Source: the human T2T-CHM13v2.0 reference genome, Homo sapiens. Taken from it: a stretch of DNA of 64,000 bases. Shown here piece by piece: positions 62,033 through 64,000 of this stretch (positions within the stretch are counted from its first letter, which is position 1; every line of letters begins with the position of its first letter). The DNA is taken from the NCBI RefSeq assembly GCF_009914755.1, contig NC_060945.1; one strand, written 5' to 3'. The notes under the pieces are model-generated. The model worked only from the letters and a program-made list of their open reading frames with translations. It was not told the origin of the DNA and did not search any database. Made by a program: the position numbers and the translations under genes.

Positions 62033-62519
62033 TACTTTAGTTTTGGATTTCAGAATAGGCAACATAAAGGGAAACAGAAACAAATGTATGTGAGTTAGGT
62101 TGATATTCATTACCTCAGATTTAATTTTGAGTAAACACAACTAAGAATAACACTTAGAAATCCCTGATACAATTTTCTTTGAAAATACTGAAGAAGAAGA
62201 TAGTATTTGAATTTTAACACAGGCAGTTTTGTTGGACTACATGCCACAATGTCTATTATGTTTGTTTCAGAACTAAAAATATATAAAGTACTACCAAACC
62301 TTAAAAGTAGCAAGAAAGCCAACTGCCCTGATGAGATCATAGTCGACTTGCCTTGAACTGTCTGAAGATGTCTGTATCTGTGATTGTTATTCACAAAGGA
62401 CAGCCTGCTTACAATCAAAGGCTGTATTAGTAATGAAGAGTAATAAACAGTAGAGCTTTTGGAATTCTGTGCAAGTATAGTTGAATCACTTTAGAAACAG
62501 AGCTCTTATAATTCACACA

Positions 62520-64000
62520 CTGTCCATCTTCACCTAGGAACAACACAAGGGTACTTTAACATTAGAAAGCATATTAATACATTTGACCACCTTCATAGAT
62601 CAAAGGAGGAAAAATATACATATGATTATCGAAGTTGATGGAAGAAGAGAAAGAATTTAAAACTCATTTATAATAAGAACTATTAGCAAGTTGGTAATAA
62701 TATATAATCTTACTCTGATAAAGTCTATGAACAACCTATGGCAAATATAATTAATGGAGAAAGTTAGTTTACATTATGTTTAAAGTAAGGCATAAGACAA
62801 TGTTACTGCAAACAAATATTCTGTTGAACATAGAATTAAAGATACTAGTAAGTGCTATAGTGAAAAAATAATAAGTAAAGAATTTAAAAGGACTGGAAAA
62901 GAAAAATAATACTATTATTGCAGATTATATAATTGATGACAGTAAATCAAGAGGATCTACAGGCAAACTATTAAGGTCCATTAAAATGTTCACCTAGATC
63001 ACTGAATCCACATTTCATACAAAGAAAAGGTAGTTACTATAAAAACATAAAAGAAGATTATTTAAGTTCAAATAAAAAGATACTTTTTAGAGTTGTAAAT
63101 ATAAGTCATGTAAAAGTAAGGTTAAAAATACAGAAAACGTAGTCAAAACCCCAAGGATCTAAATAATAACAAGATATGTTTATTGTTAGAAAGATCAAAC
63201 ATAATGATGAATAATTTAATAAAATAATATGCAAATCCAAGTCAGTTCCAAACAGCATTTCATAGTTTTTCATAGAACATGAGCTTCCGAATAGAAAATG
63301 AAATTGGAAATGTAAATGTTGATGAATAGCAAAGATTATTTTGGAGAATAAAACGAGGTGGTTTATTTCTCTAGCAGATATGTCTAAATAAAAGCTGTAT
63401 TAATTTCTTGTTAGCATTTTAAATTGTGGAGAAATCATTCAATTAATAATTGATAGAAAATTGGCTATCTGAATGGAAAAAATTTGAGTTATATCCCTGT
63501 CTCAGCCTACAAGTTAGAAAAGAAGTCTTTCCAAATAAGTTAAAGAGCTTTTGTGAGTAGCACAATTTTAAAACTTAGAGAAATATAAGTGATCTTTTAT
63601 GATTGTTAAGTAAGGGAAACAAGATAAATAATACAACTAATGACTTTTAATGAATTTGATTTCATAAAATTTAAAAATTCCTGTGAGATGAGAAAAATGA
63701 TAAAAGCTCAGACTGAAGGTCAATCACAGGTAGGGAGTGGAACATACAACCCATGCCACTGATAAAGGGTTAGAAAGATATGCATCAATAACAAAAGAAC
63801 AGGAACCTAATGGAGAATTGCTAAAGAAAGTCAACAGAGAATTTATAGAAAATGAAAACTAAATGGCCAATTATGGTCTCACTAGTAATCAGACAAATGG
63901 TTATTTTAACAAAGACATTGGTAAAAAGATATAAGTCTAATAGCATCAAATGCTAGAGGGGCTGTCAGATTAATACATGATTAATGGAAATAGAAAGTCA
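62520..64000 (+). mobile_element. Old L1 (L1ME/L1M5) ORF2 remnant running off the window
   Basis: A-rich diverged ORF2 order: atatgattatcgaagttgatg, ttattgcagattatat, aattggctatctgaatggaaaa, aactaaatggccaat. Confidence 0.75.

Overview
AT-rich primate genomic DNA, almost certainly human given the AluJ/S/Y, FLAM, MSTA, L1PA and MER30 content. It reads as a large intron or intergenic stretch. There is no CpG island, no recognisable multi-exon gene and no tRNA/rRNA/CRISPR. Much of the window is transposon fossil: 13 Alu dimers and 2 FLAM monomers, several L1s (mostly + strand), L2 and MIR, ERVL/MaLR LTRs (MER77 with internal sequence, LTR16C, MSTA, MLT1 types), and DNA transposons (Tigger1, Tigger3b, MER30, MER5, MER94, MER102). 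Most ORFs in the supplied track are Alu/L1/low-complexity artefacts or lack any supporting signal. The best non-repeat leads are: (i) a coding-like + strand exon/smORF at 46248-46427 with a near-perfect Kozak ATG and a possible in-frame upstream exon; (ii) a compact GAS(STAT)-AP1-GAS plus XRE motif cluster at about 36010-36090 inside a repeat-poor, CpG-retaining block; (iii) several short local duplications. I could not identify a host gene and cannot claim a new biological system. Repeat subfamily calls come from remembered consensus features and need RepeatMasker confirmation. Boundaries of old repeats are approximate.
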